The notes under the pieces: model-generated
Seen by the model: only the letters and a program-made list of their open reading frames with translations
Told to the model about the DNA's origin: nothing
Databases searched by the model: none
Shown: in pieces, positions 53,561-61,536 of the stretch
How positions within the stretch are numbered: the stretch's first letter is position 1
How the letters are laid out: each line of letters starts with the position of its first letter
Translations under genes and position numbers: made by a program
From: Bacillota bacterium
GTDB taxonomy: Bacteria > Bacillota > Clostridia > Christensenellales > UBA1242
Direction: 5' to 3'
Assembly: GCA_009780065.1 (NCBI GenBank)
Contig: WRAS01000005.1
Location: 7,013 to 71,012, forward strand
Length of the DNA: 64,000 nucleotides

Positions 53561-54102
53561 ATGATAGAAATTTGTGTTGAAGTTCTGTCCTCTTTTGAAG
53601 AGGTAATAAAATCCATTAACTCAAAGGGTTTTTTACAAACATCCGAATCCAAAATTAATGATACATATTGGACGCATAGAAAATTAAGGGGGGGGAAGCG
53701 TTTTGTGATTTAATAAACGATTCCATAATAATACGTGGATGGACTGATGACTATGGTTATCGCATTGAAAATAAACAAAAAACATTCGATAAAGATGGAA
53801 ATCTAATTAACGAAGAAAAGTTAAGTACAAAAATTGAGTGTATTCAAACAGTAAATCAAATTATGCAGGCGGCTGGTTTAAACAAATGGTGCAGTGTTGA
53901 AGGAACCCTGTTTGTGTTTGAAAATAAAAGTGGACAAGAAATATTTTTCCAAGAAATAAACGGTCTTGGTCTCTTTATGGAGATTGAACAAGAGCAAGGT
54001 CAAACAATAGATGATTTAATTAATTTAGCAAAAGGATTATCAATTAAATTAGGAAGTGATTTCCAAGTTAAAAAAGTGGAAAAATTAATGAGCCGTAAAT
54101 AG
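53561..54102 (+). pseudogene. CYTH-domain (class IV adenylyl cyclase / triphosphatase-like) gene interrupted by a frame shift at a G8 tract
   Basis: Frame 1 reads MIEICVEVLSSFEEVIKSINSKGFLQTSESKINDTYWTHRKLRGG and stops at 53711-53713. Adding one G at 53688-53695 joins it in frame to ...IIIRGWTDDYGYRIENK...MQAAGLNKWCSVEGTLFVFENKSGQEIFFQEINGLGLFMEIEQ (track ORF 53863..54102). TG-A-TATCAT lies 5 nt before the ATG. Confidence 0.65.
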
Positions 54103-54125
54103 TGAACATAGAGTTCAATTTGCAA

Positions 54126-55055
54126 TTATCTATTAATGATAAATTCTAACGTATTGTCGCTGGGTTCGACTTTCATCGGAAAATTATAGCCCACATTGCC
54201 ATCGATGTCTGTTCTTATGAAATTTGGATTTGGGTCTCCGATTATCTCTATTTGAACCGTTTTACCACGCGCGACAAAAACGTTCTTGTTTTTATACAGC
54301 CTTCTGAATAGAATACTGAAAGACAGACCAATCTTTGAAAAAAATCCGCATTTGCGAATTGCCACAATATCCAAAAGACCATCCCATGGCAACGCGTCCC
54401 TTGTAATACTTTTGATAGAGCCAGCATTTGTTGTATTTAATATTAGAAACAGATATATATTTTCTTTGTATTCCATATCGTCTATGGTTATTTTTGTTTG
54501 TTGTCCCTGCATGGTAATCGCAGATTGGGCAGATTTCAGCATATAGTATAACTTTCCAAGTAGTTTCTTTCCATTTCTATTGTATTTGGTGACACCATTT
54601 GTAAATGCACCCCCACATGCAACATTTATCGCATAATACGGTTCTTGTTCATTATTTTCATGTATCACACGCAATGTGTCTATTAGGCATTTCTTTGGAT
54701 TATTCATAATGATTTTGCACGCACGACGCACACTTTTGTTGGTTTTCATATATGATGGGAAATCGTTTGCAGTCCCCCCGCCAAAGGCATAAATAGGAAT
54801 GATAAAATTATTTTTCACCATGGCATCAACACAAATTGACAGGGTACCATCCCCGCCAATAATTATTGCCAGGGTGTAACCATGTGGATTATTTTTATTA
54901 GAGGCACTGTATTCATAGAAATCGGCGATATTTTTGCTGGCATGAAGGCAGCATTCGTATGTACGTAACTTGTTCAATCGTTTCTCAAGACGTGTTGCAA
55001 TTTTTGCGCCTTTGCCTCGTCCGGAATTGGGATTGTAGATAATTAAAATTTTCAC
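54126..55055 (-). CDS. Diacylglycerol/lipid kinase (YegS/DagK family)
   Basis: KILIIYNPNSGRGKG...AIIIGGDGTLS. GTG start with SD GAGGGGA. Confidence 0.85.
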   Translation of the reverse strand: MKILIIYNPNSGRGKGAKIATRLEKRLNKLRTYECCLHASKNIADFYEYSASNKNNPHGYTLAIIIGGDGTLSICVDAMVKNNFIIPIYAFGGGTANDFPSYMKTNKSVRRACKIIMNNPKKCLIDTLRVIHENNEQEPYYAINVACGGAFTNGVTKYNRNGKKLLGKLYYMLKSAQSAITMQGQQTKITIDDMEYKENIYLFLILNTTNAGSIKSITRDALPWDGLLDIVAIRKCGFFSKIGLSFSILFRRLYKNKNVFVARGKTVQIEIIGDPNPNFIRTDIDGNVGYNFPMKVEPSDNTLEFIINR

Positions 55056-55127
55056 GCAGTTTCCCCTCGATTATTAAAAACTGGTTGATTATATCACGTT
55101 TGGTGAAACATTAATACTTATTGCTTG

Positions 55128-55547
55128 TCAATTTACACCATCTCGAAGTCTGTAATCGCATTCTTTCTCGGTCTCTGTTCTAAGGTGCAACGCATCCACC
55201 ATTATTCTGTATGCGTCCGAAAACCATTTTCTTGTATTCTCGTAATTGTGTTTGTAGCCAATGATCTCGCAACAATGAATCACATGTATATAATAGTGCA
55301 CGGGATATTTGTCACAGTCTTTCGCGAAATCTCTAACCTCGTCCAATGTCATTAAATCTTGCATGAATTCGGTGCTGGATGTTGCGGCATTCTTTAAAAC
55401 TGTACATCGTATCTTTCGTGCCAGTTTTTTGGATAAATCATGCCTGGATTGTCCATCACAGCCCCTTAGTGCACTTAGTACAACTGTTTGTTGTTTTAAA
55501 GATATATTGTCCGCATATAACCAATCTTCTACTACACAATTTTTCAT
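55128..55547 (-). CDS. Hypothetical protein
   Basis: The start is uncertain (track ORF to 55592; internal ATG at 55547 gives MKNCVVEDWLYADNISLKQQTVVLSALRGCDG...). No family named with confidence. Confidence 0.5.
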   Translation of the reverse strand: MKNCVVEDWLYADNISLKQQTVVLSALRGCDGQSRHDLSKKLARKIRCTVLKNAATSSTEFMQDLMTLDEVRDFAKDCDKYPVHYYIHVIHCCEIIGYKHNYENTRKWFSDAYRIMVDALHLRTETEKECDYRLRDGVN

Positions 55548-55628
55548 TGGGAAAGGGTAACACACAAAATGGTAACTAGTCAATAGCACCATATAAAGCC
55601 TAATAAAAAAATGACCCGTAGGTCATTT

Positions 55629-55704
55629 TGGTGGGAACAACAGGGCTCGAACCTGTGACCGCTCGCTTGTAAGGCGAGAGCTCTCCCAACTGAGCTATGT
55701 TCCC
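55629..55704 (-). tRNA. tRNA-Val (anticodon UAC), CCA encoded
   Basis: The minus strand reads GGGAACATAGCTCAGTTGGGAGAGCTCTCGCCTTACAAGCGAGCGGTCACAGGTTCGAGCCCTGTTGTTCCCACCA. All four stems pair, and the anticodon loop is CTTACAA. Confidence 0.9.
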
Positions 55705-55752
55705 TAGTGTGTTTTGGGCATGTGGTGTGTACTGGACTCGGTGTATTCTCGC

Positions 55753-55808
55753 CTTGGACATTAATGTTAGACATCTGCTTGTGCTCCTTGCGTCGCACGG
55801 GTCATAAG
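55753..55808 (+). repeat. Copy E3 (diverged) of the ~53-nt element
   Basis: TTGGACATTAATGTTAGACATCTGCTTGTGCTCCTTGCGTCGCACGGGTCATAAGG. It shares the dyad (ACATTAATGT), TTGTGC and TCGCACGGGT-ATA blocks with E1 and E2. By hand alignment, roughly two-thirds of positions are identical to E1. Confidence 0.55.
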
Positions 55809-55840
55809 GCGTTCGCTCTCCCAACTGAACTATGTTCCCC
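55797..55840 (-). pseudogene. Truncated tRNA-like fragment (5' half, very similar to the adjacent tRNA-Val up to the anticodon loop)
   Basis: The minus strand reads GGGGAACATAGTTCAGTTGGGAGAGCGAACGCCTTATGA..., compared with GGGAACATAGCTCAGTTGGGAGAGCTCTCGCCTTACAA in tRNA-Val. No matching anticodon-stem 3' strand, T-arm or acceptor 3' strand follows, and the sequence runs into element E3 instead. Confidence 0.6.
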
Positions 55841-55945
55841 TAGTAATTTGGGTTTGCGTGGGACTAATCCCAACGAACATATTGTATCACAGAGTATTTG
55901 CCAATTCAAGTAATTTTTTGATATATTATTGTTGGAGGATTTTAT

Positions 55946-56284
55946 ATGACAGACGAAAAGCCAATACCACAAAAGGATGCACCAAGGCACAAGTTGATGA
56001 ATATTTGCGTGCTTGCGTTCACCGACATTTTAACAGTAACCGCGTTAGTAACATTTTTCATTACAATATTTGATGGTTACAGTAATTCACGAGCACACAG
56101 CATTGCGGGCACGTACTTGTTTTGTATGTTTCTTGCGGTTCCCGCATTAAAGGTATCTATCGATAAAATTAAAAGCCCATTTTTGAAAAAGGTTAATATT
56201 TTTGCGGTTATTATGATATTCGTAACAATTATGGTCACATCTGTTGTGATTTTCCTGGATCTTGCATTTCCGAATTTGTTTTAA
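55946..56284 (+). CDS. Small hypothetical membrane protein
   Basis: 112 aa, three hydrophobic helices. SD GGAGG. Confidence 0.6.
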   Translation: MTDEKPIPQKDAPRHKLMNICVLAFTDILTVTALVTFFITIFDGYSNSRAHSIAGTYLFCMFLAVPALKVSIDKIKSPFLKKVNIFAVIMIFVTIMVTSVVIFLDLAFPNLF

Positions 56285-56290
56285 TTGGTA

Positions 56291-56473
56291 TCAAGGCAGG
56301 GTATCCGCCAGGGATGGTCCAATTGAACTAAGCAATACCGATGCACCAAACCCAATACAAATCAGCAGCGCAGTAATTAAAAAAAGCGCAAACGGACGAC
56401 TTTTCCGTTGGCGCTTTTGTTTCCATCGTGGTGATATATCGGGCTCAGGCTTGTAATTTATACCATCGTCCAT
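56291..56473 (-). CDS. Small hypothetical single-pass membrane protein
   Basis: 60 aa. SD AGGGAGA lies 9 nt upstream. RPFALFLITALLICIGFGASVLL helix. Confidence 0.45.
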   Translation of the reverse strand: MDDGINYKPEPDISPRWKQKRQRKSRPFALFLITALLICIGFGASVLLSSIGPSLADTLP

Positions 56474-56577
56474 TTAAAAATATCTCCCTTGCTATACTAG
56501 TTTTAGTATATTGTAAAATCCAAAATTTGGCAAGGAAATTGACTTGACATTTTTGAATTATGGTATATAATATAGTT

Positions 56578-56750
56578 ATAAAGTCTCCGCCTAAGACCGC
56601 AAGCAGATGGTAACATCACAAGTCTTGCCGAGGATGGAATCAATAACATATTTTTTATGTAACAATGATTTCGCACCTCTGCTCTTAGGGTAAAACCAAA
56701 AGACGCGGAGGTTTTTATATAGAGTTTGTTTTTATTCAAAACAAACTCTT
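56578..56750 (+). promoter_or_regulatory. Structured 5' leader of rplJ-rplL (candidate ribosomal protein L10 leader/attenuator)
   Basis: Promoter TTGACA (56544-56549)-16-TATAAT (56566-56571). Long-range helices are CTCCGC (56585-56590)/GCGGAG (56705-56710) and CCTAAGA (56590-56596)/TCTTAGG (56683-56689), followed by a T-run. A perfect 12-bp hairpin lies at 56722-56750. Position and architecture fit the L10 leader known in Bacillota. Not verified by a covariance model. Confidence 0.5.
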
Positions 56751-56789
56751 GAAACTCTGGTGGTATGCCAGTTAAAAGGAGAAAGATAC

Positions 56790-57326
56790 TTGGCAAATAA
56801 AAAACGCGAAAAAAAGCAAAGTCCGGCGTTTGTTGAAAAACAAAAACTGGTTACTGAAATCGAGACCAGACTGAAAGAAGCCAAATCCGTAATATTTCTG
56901 GACTATAAAGGGATTACGGTTGCCGAGGTAACAAAGTTGAGAAACAAGTTTCGTGAAGGTGGGGTAAAATACGGCGTTTACAAAAATACTTTGGTAAAGC
57001 GTGCGTTAAACAATCTTGGGATCACAGGTCTTGATGCAAAACTTACCGGCACATTATCGGTTGCGTTTAGTAACAAAGACGAAATCAGTGCCGCCAAAAT
57101 TGTTCAAGCAGAAAAGTTTAAAGACAAAATGAATATGAAATTTGGTCTTATTGGAACAGAAATTCTGGACGAAGCGGGTGTGAAGAGTCTTGCAACCATG
57201 CCTTCAAAAGAGCAACTTGTTGCGCAACTTCTTGGTTTGTTGCAAAGTGGTGCGCGCGGTATCGCAAGCGTGGTTAACGCAGTCCCACGCAACCTTGCGA
57301 TGGTAATAAATACACGTGCAAGTTAA
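56790..57326 (+). CDS. rplJ: 50S ribosomal protein L10
   Basis: TTG start 8 nt after AAGGAG. ...KQKLVTEIETRLKEAKSVIFLDYKGITVAEVTKLRNKFREGGVKYGVYKNTLVKRAL. Confidence 0.9.
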   Translation: MANKKREKKQSPAFVEKQKLVTEIETRLKEAKSVIFLDYKGITVAEVTKLRNKFREGGVKYGVYKNTLVKRALNNLGITGLDAKLTGTLSVAFSNKDEISAAKIVQAEKFKDKMNMKFGLIGTEILDEAGVKSLATMPSKEQLVAQLLGLLQSGARGIASVVNAVPRNLAMVINTRAS

Positions 57327-57385
57327 AACAAACGGGGTAATCCCCAAAAAATAAAATTATAAAAAAAAATAGGAGAAACCATAAA

Positions 57386-57772
57386 ATGGCAAACATTAAA
57401 AATCTTGTTGAAGAAATCAAAAAATTAACACTTGTTGAGGCAGCAGAACTTGTAAAAGCCCTTGAAGAAGAATTTGGCGTAAGCGCAGCCGCAATGGCAG
57501 TCGCAGCAGCCCCAGCAGCAGGCGGAGCAGCAGCCCCAGCGGCCGAAGCCCCAGCAGCAAAAACAGAATTCGAAATTTTCCTTAAAGACGCAGGAACAAA
57601 CAAAATCGCAGTTATCAAAGTTGTAAAAGAAATCACAGGTCTTGGACTTGGCGATGCAAAAGCACTTGTTGACGGCGCACCAAAAACAATCAAAGAAAAA
57701 GTTCCAGCGGCCGAAGCAAAAACATTCGAGGCACAACTTAAAGAAGCCGGCGCAACAGTCGAACTTAAATAA
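57386..57772 (+). CDS. rplL: 50S ribosomal protein L7/L12
   Basis: 128 aa with an Ala-rich hinge. [32 protein letters not shown]. Confidence 0.95.
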   Translation: MANIKNLVEEIKKLTLVEAAELVKALEEEFGVSAAAMAVAAAPAAGGAAAPAAEAPAAKTEFEIFLKDAGTNKIAVIKVVKEITGLGLGDAKALVDGAPKTIKEKVPAAEAKTFEAQLKEAGATVELK

Positions 57773-57790
57773 TTATTTTGTTCAAAAACC

Positions 57791-57816
57791 AAAAACCCAC
57801 CATGCGTGGGTTTTTT
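57791..57816 (+). terminator. Intrinsic terminator after rplL
   Basis: AACCCAC-CATGC-GTGGGTT plus T-run. Confidence 0.8.
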
Positions 57817-57949
57817 AGTCTTCTAATCCAACAAGATAATCAATATCATAATTCAAACCCTTTCTGTAATAGTTACTTTTTCACTATACGTAACTTATAT
57901 TAATTTGTGCATATTTAATTGTTATGGTATAAAAGATTAAGGAGGCAGA

Positions 57950-58348
57950 ATGAAAATTCTAAAATCAATAGGTTTATTGTCGGTGCTTTTGGTGGTTTCG
58001 CTCGTGCTTATTGCGTGTGGTGGTAATGGTAATAATGGCAAAATACCAGACCCCGGCGGTAAATTTTGCTACGAAACTATTATTGTGAGTTTGACCGTAT
58101 CGGCATCTGCTCTCGACAGGACTTGGGTGCCTGCTGATTTTCTTCCAGAGGTGGTGTTAGGTGAAGTCAGTGTGCTTATGACACCTGCCCCACCCATAAA
58201 TCGTTTAACACTACTTTTAACATTGGGAAATTCGGGGAGAGATAATGTGTTGAAGGCAGTGTATGCGCTTAATCAAAGAAGTGATGTGTATCGTGCGAAT
58301 TTGAACATTTACGATACCATCCAATATACAAAAAAAGGAGAACTATGA
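57950..58348 (+). CDS. Putative lipoprotein
   Basis: MKILKSIGLLSVLLVVSLVLIACGG contains a lipobox (LIAC). SD AAGGAGG. Confidence 0.65.
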   Translation: MKILKSIGLLSVLLVVSLVLIACGGNGNNGKIPDPGGKFCYETIIVSLTVSASALDRTWVPADFLPEVVLGEVSVLMTPAPPINRLTLLLTLGNSGRDNVLKAVYALNQRSDVYRANLNIYDTIQYTKKGEL

Positions 58349-58458
58349 AAAAGATAATTTGTTTTGGATTAGTAGTTTGTATTATGGTGGTATGCCTTGT
58401 TGTTCCAACCAACATAAACATCCAACCAAGGGTTTCGGCGGTTGCTTCATTGAGTTGA
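58345..58458 (+). CDS. 37-codon ORF encoding only a signal peptide; probable detached 5' end of the S8 protease gene
   Basis: MKKIICFGLVVCIMVVCLVVPTNINIQPRVSAVASLS then TGA. SD AAAGGAG. The frame is offset by one from 58466..60661. Confidence 0.5.
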   Translation: MKKIICFGLVVCIMVVCLVVPTNINIQPRVSAVASLS

Positions 58459-58465
58459 ATCCACT

Positions 58466-60661
58466 GTGAATTCAGATTTGGAGCGAGAAGTAATAGGGCG
58501 CGACCCAGGGAGAATCTACCCTGACACAAGAATTTATACCACTGCAACATTAGAAGACAACTTTTGTGCCAGTTCTATCATGGTTGTAAAGAAAACAGGT
58601 CATAGCCAGATAACAACAGAGTCAACTTTTCAAGATAATGTTCTCAGAAACAATTCTGTTTTTAATGGAATTGGAGTTAGATCAATCACAGATTTGACAG
58701 CATTGCCAAGTGGTAATATGATGAGTGCTAATGCTCATGGACTCACTACTAGTAATGTTCAATCAGTAAGAGAATATTTGGAAACTATAACTTTCAGGCA
58801 AATTTTGCATGTTGAGTTAGATGTTGAGTGTAGGCAAAATGTCTTGGATGTTGTAAGGCAACTTCAGCGCGTTGAAGGGATAAGACACGTTGGTCCGAAT
58901 ATTTATGACGAGATTTTGGCATTAAATCCAAATAACCCTTATTTTCAAAATGGAGCGCAATGGGCGTTGAATGGAGCAAATGGAATAAATGCTCCTGGAG
59001 CGTGGGGAATAACCACTGGCACACGAGCAGTTAGAGTAGGCATAATAGACACAGGAATTGCGCGTCATCCTAACTTAAATGCAAATGTGGATTTTACAAG
59101 TGGTGGAGATTTCTATAGAATGGCGAATATTCCTAATAATATCCCTGGAACGCTGGTCTCAGACACAAATGGACATGGAACTATGTCAGCTGGTGTTGTT
59201 GGTGCTGAAGGTAATATTGGAATAGGTGTGACTGGTGTTGCTCAACATGTAACACTTGTGCCTATGCAATCAGGATATGGAGTGTCACACAGTACTGCAG
59301 CGAGAGTGAGGGCTATTATGTATGCAAGAAATTTATGGGGAACTTCTCGGCAAATTAGCATTTTGAATCACAGTATCGGTGGTTTCGGAACAAATATTGA
59401 ATTGTTAGAAGCCGTCCGACAATTCCCAGGACTTTTTGTTTGGTCTGTAGGTAACCATGGTGTGAATATAGATTCTTTGCCAAACATAGCCCAATTTAGA
59501 CTACCCAACTTAATTTCAGTAGGTGCAGTAAATGAGAGTGGTAATCGTGGTTGGTATAGAGCTAATGGTACGCATGATCCAAGTTCAAATTATGGTAGAA
59601 ATTCGGTAGATATATTCGCCCCAGCAGGAGTATGGACAACTACTATTGGAAGTACATTTAGTCACTATATGGGCACCTCAGCCGCCGCACCCCACGTCGC
59701 CGGCACCGCCGCCCTCATGCTATCAATCCACCCTGGGTTGACCCCAGCCCGAGCCGCCGAAATTATTAGATTTCAATCAGACCGACCCGCTGGTTGGGAT
59801 AATAACTTGGCGCGTGGTGGCAGATTAAACGCAGCCAGAGCGGTGCAGCGAGTAAGAGAACTTTACGTCATTGAATCTGCACAAGATCTACATAATATAC
59901 GAAATAGCCCGAATGCAAACTTTACATTGGGAAATAATATTAATTTATCATCATTCCCTCAATGGACTCCGATACACACATTCAGGGGTCATTTATACGG
60001 TAACGGTCATACAATAAGTAATCTTAACATCACAAGAACAATCAATAATACAAACGTAAATCATTATTTCGGGTTGTTTGAACGTGTTTATGGGTCAGTC
60101 AGAAACCTAACAATAACCAACAGCAATATTGCAATACGGGGTGATCAGGCAGGCTCTGGATGGATTAATGCGGGATTAATTGCTGGAAACGTTGGCACTA
60201 ACGGAAGAATAGAGCGTGTACGTGTTATTGGCACTAATCAAGTGGCAGTATATCGTCATCAATCACGTTCTGGTGGAATTTCGGCTGCTGCATGGGGAAC
60301 TTTGCGCATTAATAGCGTCACTGGTTTATTTTTACGTGGGAACGGAAATACTGGCGGAATTGTGGGCGAATCTTTCCATGCAACAATAGCTAATAACAAT
60401 GTAACAGGTATTCGTGTTTGGAACCAATATTATGGTGTTCAAAGACACATAGGCATAATTGTTGGCAGAAATTATCGATCTTCACTGTCTTTTAACAACG
60501 CAGCAGGTTCACATGTCTACAGACAAGGTAGAGAAAACAATACCCTAATTGGTGGCATTATGGGTGTCAATGTTTCTGGAACAAATACATTAAGTCAAAA
60601 CACAGGCAATACCCAACAAATGATTAATGGTCAGATTCTTGCGTTGCCTACTATTGGTTAA
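58466..60661 (+). CDS. Subtilisin-like (S8) serine protease with a GLUG-repeat C-terminal module
   Basis: The catalytic triad contexts are VGIIDTGI (Asp), HGTMSAGVVGA (His) and GTSAAAPHVAGTAALM (Ser). The C-terminal part ...GLIAGNVGTNGRIERVRV...GGIVGES... is paralogous to the tail of 7226..9734. As listed it starts at GTG and has no signal peptide. Confidence 0.85.
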   Translation: MNSDLEREVIGRDPGRIYPDTRIYTTATLEDNFCASSIMVVKKTGHSQITTESTFQDNVLRNNSVFNGIGVRSITDLTALPSGNMMSANAHGLTTSNVQSVREYLETITFRQILHVELDVECRQNVLDVVRQLQRVEGIRHVGPNIYDEILALNPNNPYFQNGAQWALNGANGINAPGAWGITTGTRAVRVGIIDTGIARHPNLNANVDFTSGGDFYRMANIPNNIPGTLVSDTNGHGTMSAGVVGAEGNIGIGVTGVAQHVTLVPMQSGYGVSHSTAARVRAIMYARNLWGTSRQISILNHSIGGFGTNIELLEAVRQFPGLFVWSVGNHGVNIDSLPNIAQFRLPNLISVGAVNESGNRGWYRANGTHDPSSNYGRNSVDIFAPAGVWTTTIGSTFSHYMGTSAAAPHVAGTAALMLSIHPGLTPARAAEIIRFQSDRPAGWDNNLARGGRLNAARAVQRVRELYVIESAQDLHNIRNSPNANFTLGNNINLSSFPQWTPIHTFRGHLYGNGHTISNLNITRTINNTNVNHYFGLFERVYGSVRNLTITNSNIAIRGDQAGSGWINAGLIAGNVGTNGRIERVRVIGTNQVAVYRHQSRSGGISAAAWGTLRINSVTGLFLRGNGNTGGIVGESFHATIANNNVTGIRVWNQYYGVQRHIGIIVGRNYRSSLSFNNAAGSHVYRQGRENNTLIGGIMGVNVSGTNTLSQNTGNTQQMINGQILALPTIG

Positions 60662-60687
60662 TAAAACATCACAAAAAAATTATCAAC

Positions 60688-60866
60688 TTGACATTTCTTG
60701 ATGCAATACAATATAATATTGCTATAAGCAGTCAGGAGTAAAAATCTATGAACGCAATTCTTTGTACATCCTCCAACTATGCGATTAACCAATCGTAGCG
60801 TTTTGGGATTTGTATTTTAAAGATATTTAAAAATACCCTTTGCAAAACGCAGGGGGTATTTTTTAT
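60688..60866 (+). ncRNA. Short promoter-to-terminator unit (candidate sRNA, small-peptide gene or cis-regulatory leader)
   Basis: TTGACA (60688-60693)-18-TATAAT (60712-60717). AGGAG plus a 16-codon ORF MNAILCTSSNYAINQS (60748-60798). Terminator ATACCCTTTGC-AAAA-GCAGGGGGTAT plus T-run (about 60833-60866). Confidence 0.35.
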
Positions 60867-61003
60867 TTCCAGTGACCTTTATCAATATCCCCAACATAAA
60901 ATAATAAAGGAGATATTAATGAATAAAACATATCGTTCCTAGGAACTGGCGAGAATTTAAATAAAACCTGCTGCAAAAATTAAAATTTAAAGGAGAACAA
61001 AAT

Positions 61004-61201
61004 ATGACATTCGGAGAAACAATCCAAGGTGAAGACCACCCAACATTCAAAGAGGTAATTCAAGATGAAGTAACAAAACTAACCCGCGTTATTCAACACT
61101 TGCTAGGGCTAAAAGAACAGGAGCAAACGGGGCAGGCACAGGGACAAGAAACTCCCCCTGTGGTTAAAGAGCCTGAATTCGACGGGCGCGGACTTGCGTA
61201 A
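61004..61201 (+). CDS. Small acidic hypothetical protein
   Basis: 65 aa. SD AAAGGAG. Followed by a terminator. Confidence 0.5.
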   Translation: MTFGETIQGEDHPTFKEVIQDEVTKLTRVIQHLLGLKEQEQTGQAQGQETPPVVKEPEFDGRGLA

Positions 61202-61206
61202 CAACT

Positions 61207-61230
61207 AAAACCGCATACTTGCGGTTTTTT
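61207..61230 (+). terminator. Intrinsic terminator
   Basis: AAAACCGC-ATACTT-GCGGTTTTTT. Confidence 0.8.
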
Positions 61231-61244
61231 CTTAGCTAACGTAA

Positions 61245-61273
61245 TTGACAATGTCTGCTCGACACTGTATAAT
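61245..61273 (+). promoter_or_regulatory. Consensus promoter TTGACA-17-TATAAT for tRNA-Arg
   Basis: TTGACA at 61245-61250 and TATAAT at 61268-61273. The tRNA starts 11 nt downstream. Confidence 0.7.
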
Positions 61274-61283
61274 TGCATATTAT

Positions 61284-61360
61284 GCACTCGTAGCTCAATT
61301 GGATAGAGCACTTGACTACGGATCAAGAGGTTTGGGGTTCGACTCCCTACGAGTGCGCCA
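61284..61360 (+). tRNA. tRNA-Arg (anticodon ACG), CCA encoded
   Basis: GCACTCGTAGCTCAATTGGATAGAGCACTTGACTACGGATCAAGAGGTTTGGGGTTCGACTCCCTACGAGTGCGCCA. The anticodon stem-loop is CTTGA-CTACGGA-TCAAG. Confidence 0.9.
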
Positions 61361-61367
61361 AAGCACG

Positions 61368-61399
61368 AAAAAGTGTCTTAGTTCGCTAAGACTTTTTTT
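61368..61399 (+). terminator. Intrinsic terminator after tRNA-Arg
   Basis: GTCTTAG-TTCG-CTAAGAC (UUCG loop) plus T-run. Confidence 0.8.
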
Positions 61400-61536
61400 G
61401 TCTGCAATTGCAAGAAATAAGTATGATAAAAACACGAAATTTATTTGGACTTTATTTTTGTTCAAGGCGTCAAATTTTCTTTAAGAAACTATGCGGTTTT
61501 GATAGCTTTTTGAGTTCATATATGATATCATTAAAT

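Noticed and set aside
55580-55824. 72-aa and 74-aa minus-strand ORFs
   Set aside because: They read straight through tRNA-Val and the tRNA-like fragment.
57274-57792. 172-aa Ala-rich minus-strand ORF (and 57425..57736)
   Set aside because: It is the mirror frame of the Ala-rich hinge of rplL.
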